From: Candidatus Omnitrophota bacterium
GTDB taxonomy: Bacteria; Omnitrophota; Gorgyraeia; JABMRG01
Assembly: GCA_028716165.1 (NCBI GenBank)
Contig: JAQUQI010000002.1
Span: 10,431-74,430 of the forward strand
Direction of reading: 5' to 3'
Length of the DNA: 64,000 bases
In this document: positions 22,233 through 32,345 of the stretch, in pieces
Numbering within the stretch: the stretch's first letter is position 1
Layout of the letters: each line of letters opens with the position of its first letter
The notes under the pieces: generated by a model
What the model was told of the DNA's origin: nothing
Databases searched by the model: none
The model's input: the letters and a program-made list of their open reading frames with translations, nothing else
Program-made: the position numbers and the translations under genes

Positions 22233-22979
22233 ATGTACCCAATACTATTGAGAATAGGGCCTGTAAGAATATACTCTTATGGCGTTATGCTCGCTTTGGC
22301 TTTCTCTGTTTGCCTTTTTTTGGCTTTGAAGCGCTGTGGTTTGTTCGGTATCAGGCAGGATATCTTCAGCAATCTTGTGCTCGTATTGCTCTTTTCCGGA
22401 ATTATCGGCGCAAGGCTCCTTTATGTCTTTTCAGAAATTGATTTTTTTTCCCAAAACCCTGTGGAGATATTTATGATAAACAGGGGAGGGCTTGTTTTTT
22501 ACGGAGCGTTCATATTCGCTCCTTTATTCGGTATTCTCTATGCCAAAAAGTCGCGCATATCTGTGGCGGATGCCGCTGACCTCCTGGCCCCTTTTATAGC
22601 CTTGGGCCACTCCATAGGAAGGATAGGTTGTTTTTTAAACGGCTGTTGTTATGGCAGGCCGACGGATTTGATGATAGGCGTTTGTTTCCCATCAAGCCAT
22701 GTCAAGGTATATCCTGTTCAGATATTTTCATCAATCGGGCTCTTCTTTATTTTTATTGCCCTTTCGCGTATACAGCAAAATCGCGCCTTCAAGGGCCAGG
22801 TCATAGCGTGGTATCTTATACTCTATGGGTTATTCAGATTTGCCATAGAGTTTTTTCGCGGCGATCTGCCGCAACTGTTTTTCGGATTAAGTCTTACCCG
22901 GATAATCAGTATAGCATTTGTCTTGACCGGTCTTTTGATAATTTATTTTTCCCGCGGCCATGAACAATCAATCACTTAA
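22233..22979 (+). CDS. lgt: Prolipoprotein diacylglyceryl transferase
   Basis: Polytopic membrane protein with Lgt signatures (YGVMLALAF..., GARLLYV, GGLVFYGA). Confidence 0.85.
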   Translation: MYPILLRIGPVRIYSYGVMLALAFSVCLFLALKRCGLFGIRQDIFSNLVLVLLFSGIIGARLLYVFSEIDFFSQNPVEIFMINRGGLVFYGAFIFAPLFGILYAKKSRISVADAADLLAPFIALGHSIGRIGCFLNGCCYGRPTDLMIGVCFPSSHVKVYPVQIFSSIGLFFIFIALSRIQQNRAFKGQVIAWYLILYGLFRFAIEFFRGDLPQLFFGLSLTRIISIAFVLTGLLIIYFSRGHEQSIT

Positions 22980-23853
22980 GACAGAGCCCAGTGACAGCGG
23001 CAAGAGGCTTGACGTTTGTCTTTTTGAAAAATTAAACAAGTCATGCTCCAGGAGCGGCCTTAAAAGGCTCATACTGCGGGGGGCTGTTACTATTTCGGGC
23101 CTTGCCAAAAAGCCTAATTACCGGATCAGGCCCGGAGACATTATAGATATTGTTTTCCCTGTTGACGAATCCACGCGCGTTCGCGCGGAAAACATACCGC
23201 TTGAAATCATTTATGAAGACTGTGATATTCTCGTGCTGAATAAACCTGCCGGCATGGTTGTCCATCCCGCGGCAGGCAATAATGACGGCACTCTCGTTAA
23301 CGCGTTAGCTTTTCATACCAAGGGCCTGCTTGCCCATATCGGGACCAGCCCCAGGCCGGGTATCGTGCACAGGCTGGACAAGGACGTGTCGGGCCTGCTC
23401 GTCGCGGCAAAGACCGATACCGCGCACCGCCTATTGACAGGCGCTTTTAAAAACAGAACGGTAGATAAGACATACATCGCTTTTGTTGAAGGAAATGTCG
23501 CCCCGGATACGGGCCGCGTAGAATTGCCTATCGGCAGGTCTTTGAGAGACAGGAAAAAGATGGCGGTTAAATTTACCCATTCCAAAAACGCCTTGACAAA
23601 TTTTCAGGTCTTAAAAAGATATATAGGCTATACTAAACTGCGCATACAAATATCCACAGGCAGGACGCATCAGATAAGGGTCCATATGTCGCATATAGGC
23701 CATCCGATTATCGGCGATAAAAAATACGGCGGAAGGCAATTTGGCAGGATAGCGCTTTATGCCGCCGGCCTTAAATTCAGGCATCCGGTTTCCGATAAAG
23801 AGCTTTCCTTTTGTTTAAAAATGCCGCCTGAAATGTCCGTGTTTGATAAATAG
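22960..23853 (+). CDS. rluD: RluA-family 23S rRNA pseudouridine synthase (RluD-like) with N-terminal S4 domain
   Basis: Catalytic HRLDKDVSGLLV motif, and RVHM near the C-terminus. Confidence 0.85.
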   Translation: MNNQSLKTEPSDSGKRLDVCLFEKLNKSCSRSGLKRLILRGAVTISGLAKKPNYRIRPGDIIDIVFPVDESTRVRAENIPLEIIYEDCDILVLNKPAGMVVHPAAGNNDGTLVNALAFHTKGLLAHIGTSPRPGIVHRLDKDVSGLLVAAKTDTAHRLLTGAFKNRTVDKTYIAFVEGNVAPDTGRVELPIGRSLRDRKKMAVKFTHSKNALTNFQVLKRYIGYTKLRIQISTGRTHQIRVHMSHIGHPIIGDKKYGGRQFGRIALYAAGLKFRHPVSDKELSFCLKMPPEMSVFDK

Positions 23854-23963
23854 GTATTTTAGTATAATGCTTTACGGGATATTGTAATGTTGTTTCCCGG
23901 ACGCGGACTTTGCCGCGGTCAGGTTTTCTGGCGCGTTCAAAATGCTTCAACGCTTTTTTTAAT

Positions 23964-23992
23964 TTGACTTTAAGCTTCTTTGCAAATATACT
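23964..23992 (+). promoter_or_regulatory. Sigma70-type promoter TTGACT-17-TATACT upstream of the coiled-coil gene pair
   Basis: TTGACT at 23964-23969 and TATACT at 23987-23992, in the rluD/24036 intergenic region. Confidence 0.4.
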
Positions 23993-24035
23993 ATATTTGT
24001 TATATCAAGTATAGGAGCGGCCAATTAATAATTTA

Positions 24036-24836
24036 TTGAATATCATTTTAATTATTGTTCTCGTGTTTGCTCTTGTTTTTGCGTTCTGGTGTTTTCTTGA
24101 CAAAGGTAATAATACGCGCCAGCGTCTTTTGCATGAAGAAATGCTTTCAAAGGAAGAGGCGCTGAAGGAAAAAGACCAGGAACAATTGACAAGATTGCAG
24201 GATGACGTGGACGGACTGCAGAAGAGTATTGATAATCTGATGAACAGGTCCGCTTCGCTTGAGTCCGAACTTCTTTCCGCCAAACGCCAGCTGGAATCAG
24301 CCGAAAGAGATATCAGGCAGTGCAGGGGCCGGATGCTTACGGCCAGGCAGGAGACGGATAGAATAAATACCAATATTGCCGACCTGAAAAACAGAATAGC
24401 CGTTCTTGTTAAACAAACCCTGGATGCCGATCAAAAGCTTATGATCCTTATGAAAACAAAAGAGGCTTTGGCAGACCAGTTGGAGTCCTATAAGTCTGCC
24501 GCCCGCCAGCAGCCCGTAAGCCAGCAGTATGAAGAGCAGAATATCCGCGAGCGGGACCTTGATACCGTGACAGAGACTGTCATAGACAATCCGGCGCTTC
24601 CTTCAGGAGAAGTCCTGACCGTTAACAGGGAATTCGCGTTTTTGGTGACAAACCTTGGCAAATCATCAGGGATAGAAGAAGGCTTGGTCTTGGATATCAG
24701 GCGCGATAATAAAAGCCTTGGCCGTTGCCGCGTTGAGACGGTAAGGGAGAACATATCGGCCGCCGCCCTTGTTGATAAAGACAACCTTTCGCAGATAAGG
24801 GCCGGGGACAAGGTCTTTGTAGAGCAGGAGATATAG
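24036..24836 (+). CDS. Hypothetical membrane-anchored coiled-coil protein with a C-terminal small beta-rich domain
   Basis: N-terminal TM helix (IILIIVLVFALVFAFWCFL), about 130 aa of heptad-rich sequence, and a C-terminal ~70 aa block that is conserved in the next ORF. Probable TTG start. Confidence 0.5.
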   Translation: MNIILIIVLVFALVFAFWCFLDKGNNTRQRLLHEEMLSKEEALKEKDQEQLTRLQDDVDGLQKSIDNLMNRSASLESELLSAKRQLESAERDIRQCRGRMLTARQETDRINTNIADLKNRIAVLVKQTLDADQKLMILMKTKEALADQLESYKSAARQQPVSQQYEEQNIRERDLDTVTETVIDNPALPSGEVLTVNREFAFLVTNLGKSSGIEEGLVLDIRRDNKSLGRCRVETVRENISAAALVDKDNLSQIRAGDKVFVEQEI

Positions 24837-24838
24837 CA

Positions 24839-25603
24839 ATGGATAAAAATAAAGGATTAGCGGCAGGCCTTTTGCTTCTGGCCGCGCTGATTACGGCGCT
24901 GGGTTTATTCTTGTTTTCAGGTTCAAAAAAAGAATTAGCCTGCGCCAATTCTATTAAATTGCGTATTGATGCCGTAGTTGAAGAGCGCGCGCGCATAACG
25001 GGAAATATAGATATTCTCAATGGCCAGCGGGAAAGGCTCGTGCAGGATGTCCAGGATTACGGAGAAAAAATCAAAGCCCTTGAGAATGAGATACCTTCTG
25101 TTACGCAGGAAAGGGACAAGGCTCTGGCCATGCTTAGCGATGTGGAAAATGAGTTAGCGGAATTGAATCGTGCCCTTGAAGAAACAATTTCACAAGAAGC
25201 GGCCTTAAGGGATGAGCTGGAGAATGCCGGATTGACGCATAGAGACTTGCAGGACGCTCTTGAGTTTGCCGGCAGTGAGAAATTGGAACTTGAAGAAAGC
25301 CTGAAGGTCTGTATTCAACAGTCCCAAGGCGTTCAACTGCCCAAGATAATTGTCAAAGTCGCCAGGCCGTTAAACGGTGAAGTTGTGGAAGTAAGCGAAA
25401 AATACAATTTTTGTGTGATAGATTTAGGCAGTGGACAGGGGGTCAACAGCGGCGATACCCTGGAAATATACCGCGATAACCGTTTCATCGCCAAGGCGCT
25501 TGTTGAAAACGTTTATGATGACATGTCAAGCATAATCGTATTAGACCAATGGCGCGGTGTGAGCATATATACAGGTGATGCGGTAAAACTTCATAAAGTC
25601 TGA
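24839..25603 (+). CDS. Hypothetical membrane-anchored coiled-coil protein, paralog of the upstream ORF
   Basis: TM helix (GLAAGLLLLAALITALGLFLF), a coiled coil, and a C-terminal domain alignable with the preceding ORF (NFCVIDLGSGQGVNSGDTLEIYRDN...GDAVKL versus FAFLVTNLGKSSGIEEGLVLDIRRDN...GDKVFV). AGGAGA SD. Confidence 0.5.
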   Translation: MDKNKGLAAGLLLLAALITALGLFLFSGSKKELACANSIKLRIDAVVEERARITGNIDILNGQRERLVQDVQDYGEKIKALENEIPSVTQERDKALAMLSDVENELAELNRALEETISQEAALRDELENAGLTHRDLQDALEFAGSEKLELEESLKVCIQQSQGVQLPKIIVKVARPLNGEVVEVSEKYNFCVIDLGSGQGVNSGDTLEIYRDNRFIAKALVENVYDDMSSIIVLDQWRGVSIYTGDAVKLHKV

Positions 25604-25626
25604 TTTTAACCCCGTATTTTTAACAT

Positions 25627-26913
25627 ATGATTAAGATTGAAAGAGTTGTTTCCGCCAAGGGCGCTATTGTTGTTCCGGGGGACAAATCCATATCCCATAG
25701 GGCTGTTATGATGGCATCTATTGCCCGGGGCGCCAGCAGGCTCAATAATGTATTATTGGGCCAGGACTGCATGTCAACGATTGATGCCTTCAGGCAGATG
25801 GGTGTTCCCATTACCATAGAAGGCAACACCGTATATATTGAAGGCAGGGGGTTGAGGGGGTTGTCTTGTCCTGCCGGTGAATTGTATCTGGGTAATTCCG
25901 GCACTACCATGAGGTTGTTGCCGGGTATTTTAGCGGGCCAGAGGTTTGAAACTATTTTGACAGGAGATCCCTCTTTGTCGCGAAGGCCGATGAAGAGGGT
26001 AATCAAACCTTTAACGCTGATGGGCGTTGATATCAAAGGCGCCGCCGGCGGGGATTATGCCCCCCTAACGATAAAAGGCCGCGATGCTCTAAAATCTATT
26101 AATTACTGCACCGAAGTAGCCAGCGCCCAGGTCAAGTCCGCCATAATGTTCGCCGCCCTATATGCTGAAGGCAGGACGACTATCACAGAGCCTTTCGCGT
26201 CAAGAGACCATACGGAGAGAATGTTTGAGTTTTTCGGTATTGATGTGGAAAAAGAAGGCCTTTCCGTTTCCGTAAGAGGCGCGCGGGATAAAGAACTTAG
26301 CCCGCGTGATATTGATATTCCGGGCGATATATCCTCGGCGGCATTTTTCATTGCGTTAGGGGCCTTGTCCGAAGGAGCTTGTATAAGGATAGATAATTGC
26401 GGGCTCAATCCTACCCGTATTGGCATGATAAATGTTTTGAAGGCCATGGGAGCTGATTTGGAGATTATCCATGGCCCGAACGGCTTTGAGCCTCGCGGCA
26501 GTGTTATTATACATTATTCACAGCTTAATCGCGTTCATATAAATAAACACGACTTACCCTTAATGATAGATGAGATACCGCTTATTGCCTTGTGCGCGAC
26601 ACAGGCAAAAGGCGAAAGCGTTATAGAGGATGTATCCGAATTGCGGGTAAAGGAGACGGACAGGGTGCAAGCTGTTATTACAATTCTGAAAAGTTTTGGG
26701 GCTGACCTGAAAATGGCCGGCGATAATCTGGTAATAAAAGGCCCCACAGTTCTTAAAGGCGCTTCTGTCCAAAGTTATAATGATCATCGTATGGCCATGA
26801 TGGCTGTTATTGCCGGCGCAATATCGCGAGGCGAAAGCTATGTTTCGCATGCAGACTGTATTAGCGTTTCTTTTCCCGGCTTTATGCAGGCCCTGTCAGG
26901 CCTGGCCAAGTAG
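25627..26913 (+). CDS. aroA: 3-phosphoshikimate 1-carboxyvinyltransferase (EPSP synthase)
   Basis: 428 aa with EPSPS motifs (LGNSGTTMRLL, the K..S site region). Confidence 0.9.
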   Translation: MIKIERVVSAKGAIVVPGDKSISHRAVMMASIARGASRLNNVLLGQDCMSTIDAFRQMGVPITIEGNTVYIEGRGLRGLSCPAGELYLGNSGTTMRLLPGILAGQRFETILTGDPSLSRRPMKRVIKPLTLMGVDIKGAAGGDYAPLTIKGRDALKSINYCTEVASAQVKSAIMFAALYAEGRTTITEPFASRDHTERMFEFFGIDVEKEGLSVSVRGARDKELSPRDIDIPGDISSAAFFIALGALSEGACIRIDNCGLNPTRIGMINVLKAMGADLEIIHGPNGFEPRGSVIIHYSQLNRVHINKHDLPLMIDEIPLIALCATQAKGESVIEDVSELRVKETDRVQAVITILKSFGADLKMAGDNLVIKGPTVLKGASVQSYNDHRMAMMAVIAGAISRGESYVSHADCISVSFPGFMQALSGLAK

Positions 26914-26930
26914 TTATATTATATTTATAT

Positions 26931-28149
<1,219 letters not shown>

Positions 28150-28165
28150 CAGACAAAAACATTGA

Positions 28166-28939
28166 GTGAAAATAAAAACACCCCTAATCTTTTTGATTAT
28201 CGGTTTATACTTGACGGTAATCTATTTATCCCCGCCCTTATACACGGACAGGCCTAAATTTCTATTTCTGAAAATTTCAAGCCTGCCCCTTAATCTTACC
28301 AGAAGCCTCATTAAAGAGGCCAGGTTTATCGTTAAATCCCGCGATATTATCAGAGAGAATGCTTCGCTTTATGATGCCGTCTCCAAGCTGACATCCCGGT
28401 TGAGTTTTTACAGGGATACAGAGGCTGAAAACGCGCGGCTTAGGTCCATGCTGGAGTTTAAGCAGAAAACCGGATTTAAACTTGTCCCCGCCGCAGTAAC
28501 CGCCGCCGATTCTTCCAACCTTTCCAGGACGATAGTTATAGACAAGGGCGCGTCCAGCGGTGTTAAGAGGGACACGGTGGTGATATCACAGGCCGGTTTG
28601 GCCGGCCGGGTCATAGACAGTTCTTCTAATATGAGCAGGGTAAGCCTTATAGTTGACCCTGTTTTTCGCGCCGGTTGTATTATATCAAGGTCCCGGCAGA
28701 TAGGTATTATTTACGGCGGGCATTCGGGCATGTGCATAATGCGGTATATACCGCTTGACGCTGATATAAAAGAAGGGGATGAAGTCCTGACATCAGGCTT
28801 CAGTGATGTCTATCCCAAGGGCCTTATGATAGGCACGGTATTGAAGGTGGTTAGAGAGCCCAGGGGTTTAAGCCTTTCGGCTGTTGTAAAACCGGCAACG
28901 GATTTTAACAGGCTTGAAGAGGTCCTATGCATAGAATAG
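28166..28939 (+). CDS. mreC: Rod shape-determining protein MreC
   Basis: TM anchor, a coiled-coil segment, and the beta-rich MreC core. Sits between mreB and mreD. Confidence 0.8.
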   Translation: MKIKTPLIFLIIGLYLTVIYLSPPLYTDRPKFLFLKISSLPLNLTRSLIKEARFIVKSRDIIRENASLYDAVSKLTSRLSFYRDTEAENARLRSMLEFKQKTGFKLVPAAVTAADSSNLSRTIVIDKGASSGVKRDTVVISQAGLAGRVIDSSSNMSRVSLIVDPVFRAGCIISRSRQIGIIYGGHSGMCIMRYIPLDADIKEGDEVLTSGFSDVYPKGLMIGTVLKVVREPRGLSLSAVVKPATDFNRLEEVLCIE

Positions 28940-29430
28940 GATATAAGCCGCTGATTTTTATGATTATAGCGGCAGGGCTGGCACAGGCGTCGTCTTTTGA
29001 TTATATAATATTTTCCGGGGCGAAGCCTGATATCCTGCTTATTTTAATCATATTTGCCTCATTATTGCTTGAAGGCCGTGATGTTATAAAATGCGCCGTA
29101 ATAGCGGGCATATTTAAGGATATGAGCTCATCATTAATTGCCGGCAGTCATGTGGCCGCGTTTATTCTTCTCGCGCTGGTTTTAAACACCCAGAAAAAAA
29201 AGTTTTACAGTCAAAAACCCCTGGTGCAGATAGGCTTAAGTTTTGTATCGTATATTTTCATGGATACCTGTGTTTTTATCCTAAACGCCATAGCGTATAG
29301 GCGTTCAGGCGTTCTTTGTTTTCCGGTTATGCCTATTTTGAAGGCGGCGGCGTATACCTGTATTGTATCGCCTGTAGTATTTGTTGTTGCCTCAAAGGTC
29401 CTGCGAATTGACCTCTCCAGGGCCTATTGA
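28927..29430 (+). CDS. mreD: Rod shape-determining protein MreD (polytopic membrane protein)
   Basis: 167 aa hydrophobic protein in the conserved position between mreC and mrdA. The call rests mainly on synteny. Confidence 0.55.
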   Translation: MHRIGYKPLIFMIIAAGLAQASSFDYIIFSGAKPDILLILIIFASLLLEGRDVIKCAVIAGIFKDMSSSLIAGSHVAAFILLALVLNTQKKKFYSQKPLVQIGLSFVSYIFMDTCVFILNAIAYRRSGVLCFPVMPILKAAAYTCIVSPVVFVVASKVLRIDLSRAY

Positions 29431-29463
29431 CGGCCCTGTCGGAGATATCGGCGGAGTAATCCG

Positions 29464-31197
29464 ATGTTAAATAACAGAATCAGACTGATAAAAATCTTTG
29501 TTTTCTTATCGTTCGCGTCTTTATTAGCGGCGCTTTTTTATTTCCAGATAATAAGGTATAGCCACTTTAAGTCGTTGAGCCTGAAAAATTCCGTGCGCAC
29601 AATACCCCTTAAGGCGTCAAGGGGTTCTATCTGTGACAGAAAAGGCTTGATACTGGCAAAGGACGATATATCGTTTAACCTGGTGCTTATCCCGCAGGAA
29701 ATACCCAACCTGGATAACGTAATAGGCAGGCTCGCTGTTATCACCGGAAAACCCGCCCCGGAATTAAAGGCAAGGTATAAGAAGAATTATAAACTGCCGT
29801 TCGTGCCTTCTGATATTATAACCGATATTCCGCCGGAGAGGGCATTTGCGATAGAGGAAAGGCTTATTGATGTGCCCGGCGCTTTTATATGGGCTGTGCC
29901 CAAAAGATGGTATCCTAACGGCAAGATAGGTTCTCATGTGATCGGGTATATCGGCAAGATAGGGGATACGGAGTTTAAAAGGCTTAAAGATTACGGTTAT
30001 ACCACCCGCGATCTTGTAGGTAAAAGCGGAGTGGAGCAGTATTATGACGCGTATCTGAAAGGCGATGACGGCGGCATGCAGATAGAAGTGGATTCGCGTT
30101 CCAGAGAGGTGTCAAGAATAGGTTTTAAGGAACCCATAAAGGGCAAGGATATTGTTTTAAGCCTGGATTTAGGTTTGCAGAGATTTATGAATTCGGTTTT
30201 TGAAGAAAAAAAAGGGGCCTGTATTGTTATGGAGGCAAAGACAGGCGCTATATTAGGCCTTGTCAGCAGTCCGGAATTTGACCCTAATATTTTTGTTTCA
30301 GGGAAAAGCCATGACAGGGTCAGGGTCTTAAACGACAAAGGGCACCCCTTATTAAACCGCGCGATAACAGGCAGTTATCCCCCGGGGTCTACTTTTAAGA
30401 TAATTGTAGCCGCCGCGGGTATTGTTACGGGCGCTGTAAAAGAAAAGACAAGTTTTTTTTGCGACGGCATTTTTGAACTCGGCAATACCAGTTTCCGTTG
30501 CTGGAAAGAGGCAGGGCATGGATACCAGAATGTGGTGGAGGCCTTGTCACATTCCTGCAATGTATTTTTTTATAATCTTGGCAAAGCGCTTGGCGTGGAA
30601 CAGATATATAAATACGGTTTATATTTTGGGCTCGGCAGTCTGACCGGTATAGACCTGCCGCAGGAAGCAAAAGGCACTTTGCCGAATGCTTTATGGAAAC
30701 GCCTGCATGTCAAGGCGCCATGGTATGAAGGAGACACGATTAATTATTCTATAGGCCAGGGCTATCTTGAAGTGACACCCATACAGATGTTGAAGGCCAT
30801 AACAATAGTCGCCAATAACGGTTTTTACCACCAGCCTTTTATTGTGGACAGCATAGGCGGGATCAAGGTTACGCGCAGAAAAGAGCATAATACTATATTT
30901 AAGCCGGAGTCCTTGCAGATGATCAGGCGCGGGCTTTATAAATGCATAAACGACCGGACAGGAACAGGCCAGAATGCCGCGGTAGAGGCAATGGCTGTCT
31001 CGGGTAAAACCGGGACAGCCCAGTCCGGGCCTTTGAGGCCCTGCCACGCGTGGTTTGTCGGTTATTGCCCGTCGGAAGAGCCCATAGTAAGCATGGTTGT
31101 TTGTGTTGAGCATGGAGGCAAAGGCGGAGAAGACGCCGCCTCTATAGCCAGGCTTATAACCACATATATAAAAGAAAACGGGATAATCGGCCCCTGA
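29464..31197 (+). CDS. mrdA: Peptidoglycan D,D-transpeptidase MrdA (PBP2)
   Basis: N-terminal TM helix, PBP dimerisation domain, and a transpeptidase domain with STFK, SHS-like and KTGT motifs. Confidence 0.85.
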   Translation: MLNNRIRLIKIFVFLSFASLLAALFYFQIIRYSHFKSLSLKNSVRTIPLKASRGSICDRKGLILAKDDISFNLVLIPQEIPNLDNVIGRLAVITGKPAPELKARYKKNYKLPFVPSDIITDIPPERAFAIEERLIDVPGAFIWAVPKRWYPNGKIGSHVIGYIGKIGDTEFKRLKDYGYTTRDLVGKSGVEQYYDAYLKGDDGGMQIEVDSRSREVSRIGFKEPIKGKDIVLSLDLGLQRFMNSVFEEKKGACIVMEAKTGAILGLVSSPEFDPNIFVSGKSHDRVRVLNDKGHPLLNRAITGSYPPGSTFKIIVAAAGIVTGAVKEKTSFFCDGIFELGNTSFRCWKEAGHGYQNVVEALSHSCNVFFYNLGKALGVEQIYKYGLYFGLGSLTGIDLPQEAKGTLPNALWKRLHVKAPWYEGDTINYSIGQGYLEVTPIQMLKAITIVANNGFYHQPFIVDSIGGIKVTRRKEHNTIFKPESLQMIRRGLYKCINDRTGTGQNAAVEAMAVSGKTGTAQSGPLRPCHAWFVGYCPSEEPIVSMVVCVEHGGKGGEDAASIARLITTYIKENGIIGP

Positions 31198-31210
31198 AAG
31201 GGTTTGAAAA

Positions 31211-32299
31211 ATGGATAATATTTTTAAAAAAGCGGACAGTTTCTTGTTAATAATAGGCGTGATACTTTTTATCGCTTTCCTGGCATTGTATAGCGCCTCA
31301 TATGGACCCGAAGGCGCCGCGGTCAGGGATTATTCAACACAGCAGTTGATGTGGATGGGGATTGCCGTTATTGCCTTGTTATTATGCGTGAAGTTTGGTT
31401 ACGAGCGCTGTATTGACTTTGGTTATATTATTTTTGCCGCCAACCTTTTAATGCTTGTGTCTGTTTTTGTTCTTGGAGACGTTCGTTACGGAGCCAGGAG
31501 ATGGATAGGGCTGGGCGTATTCAGCCTTCAGCCTTCCGAATTTTGCAAGATAAGTTTTTTGCTTGCCCTGACCAAATACGTTTCGGACAATAATGAAAAC
31601 ATTACAGACCCTAAGACAATATTGGGCGCTGTGATTCTTTGCCTGCTTCCTATGGGGTTGATAATGAAACAGCCTGACCTGGGAACCGCGCTTATCTTTT
31701 TGCCCGTATTTTTTACCATCCTGCTGGTAGCCGGAGTGAGAATAAAACACCTTATGATGATTGTATTCCTGGCAGCCGCAGGTTCGCCCGTCTTGTGGAG
31801 TATGCTTAAGCTTTATCAAAAAAAGCGTCTGCTTGTATTCATGAACCCGAACATTGATCCTCTCGGGGCCGGTTATACTATTATACAATCACGCATAGCC
31901 GTTGGTTCAGGAGGCTTGTTCGGTAAGGGGTGGCTGTCAGGCACCCAGAACCAGTTGAATTTTCTTCCTGAAAGGCACACGGATTTTATATTTTCAGTTA
32001 TAGGCGAAGAATGGGGTTTTTTAGGGGCCGCGATCTTATTAAGCCTTTTTTTGTTTTTAATAAGCAGGTTTCTTTCTATTGCCGATGCCGCTAACGATAT
32101 CAGGGCTAAAACGCTTTTATCGGGCATCGCTGTCCTGATATGGATGCAGGTATTTATTAATATAGCAATGACCATAGGGCTTATGCCCGTTGTGGGCCTG
32201 CCTCTGCCTTTTATCAGCTACGGCGGCTCAAATCTGCTTACGACCATGATTATGGTTGGCCTGGCAGTAAGTATTAATATGAAGCATAAGATGTTTTAA
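31211..32299 (+). CDS. rodA: Peptidoglycan glycosyltransferase RodA (SEDS family)
   Basis: Polytopic FtsW/RodA/SpoVE-family protein, directly downstream of mrdA. Confidence 0.85.
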   Translation: MDNIFKKADSFLLIIGVILFIAFLALYSASYGPEGAAVRDYSTQQLMWMGIAVIALLLCVKFGYERCIDFGYIIFAANLLMLVSVFVLGDVRYGARRWIGLGVFSLQPSEFCKISFLLALTKYVSDNNENITDPKTILGAVILCLLPMGLIMKQPDLGTALIFLPVFFTILLVAGVRIKHLMMIVFLAAAGSPVLWSMLKLYQKKRLLVFMNPNIDPLGAGYTIIQSRIAVGSGGLFGKGWLSGTQNQLNFLPERHTDFIFSVIGEEWGFLGAAILLSLFLFLISRFLSIADAANDIRAKTLLSGIAVLIWMQVFINIAMTIGLMPVVGLPLPFISYGGSNLLTTMIMVGLAVSINMKHKMF

Positions 32300-32345
32300 C
32301 GCGGAGATGTTTATTAGAGGGAAAGGGTATTAACATAATTTTGAC

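Noticed and set aside
22220-22963. Overlapping +strand ORFs 22220-22441 (73 aa) and 22628-22963 (111 aa)
   Set aside because: Both are alternative reading frames inside the lgt gene. Lgt motifs are in the 22233-22979 frame, and the other frames give Arg/Cys-rich junk.
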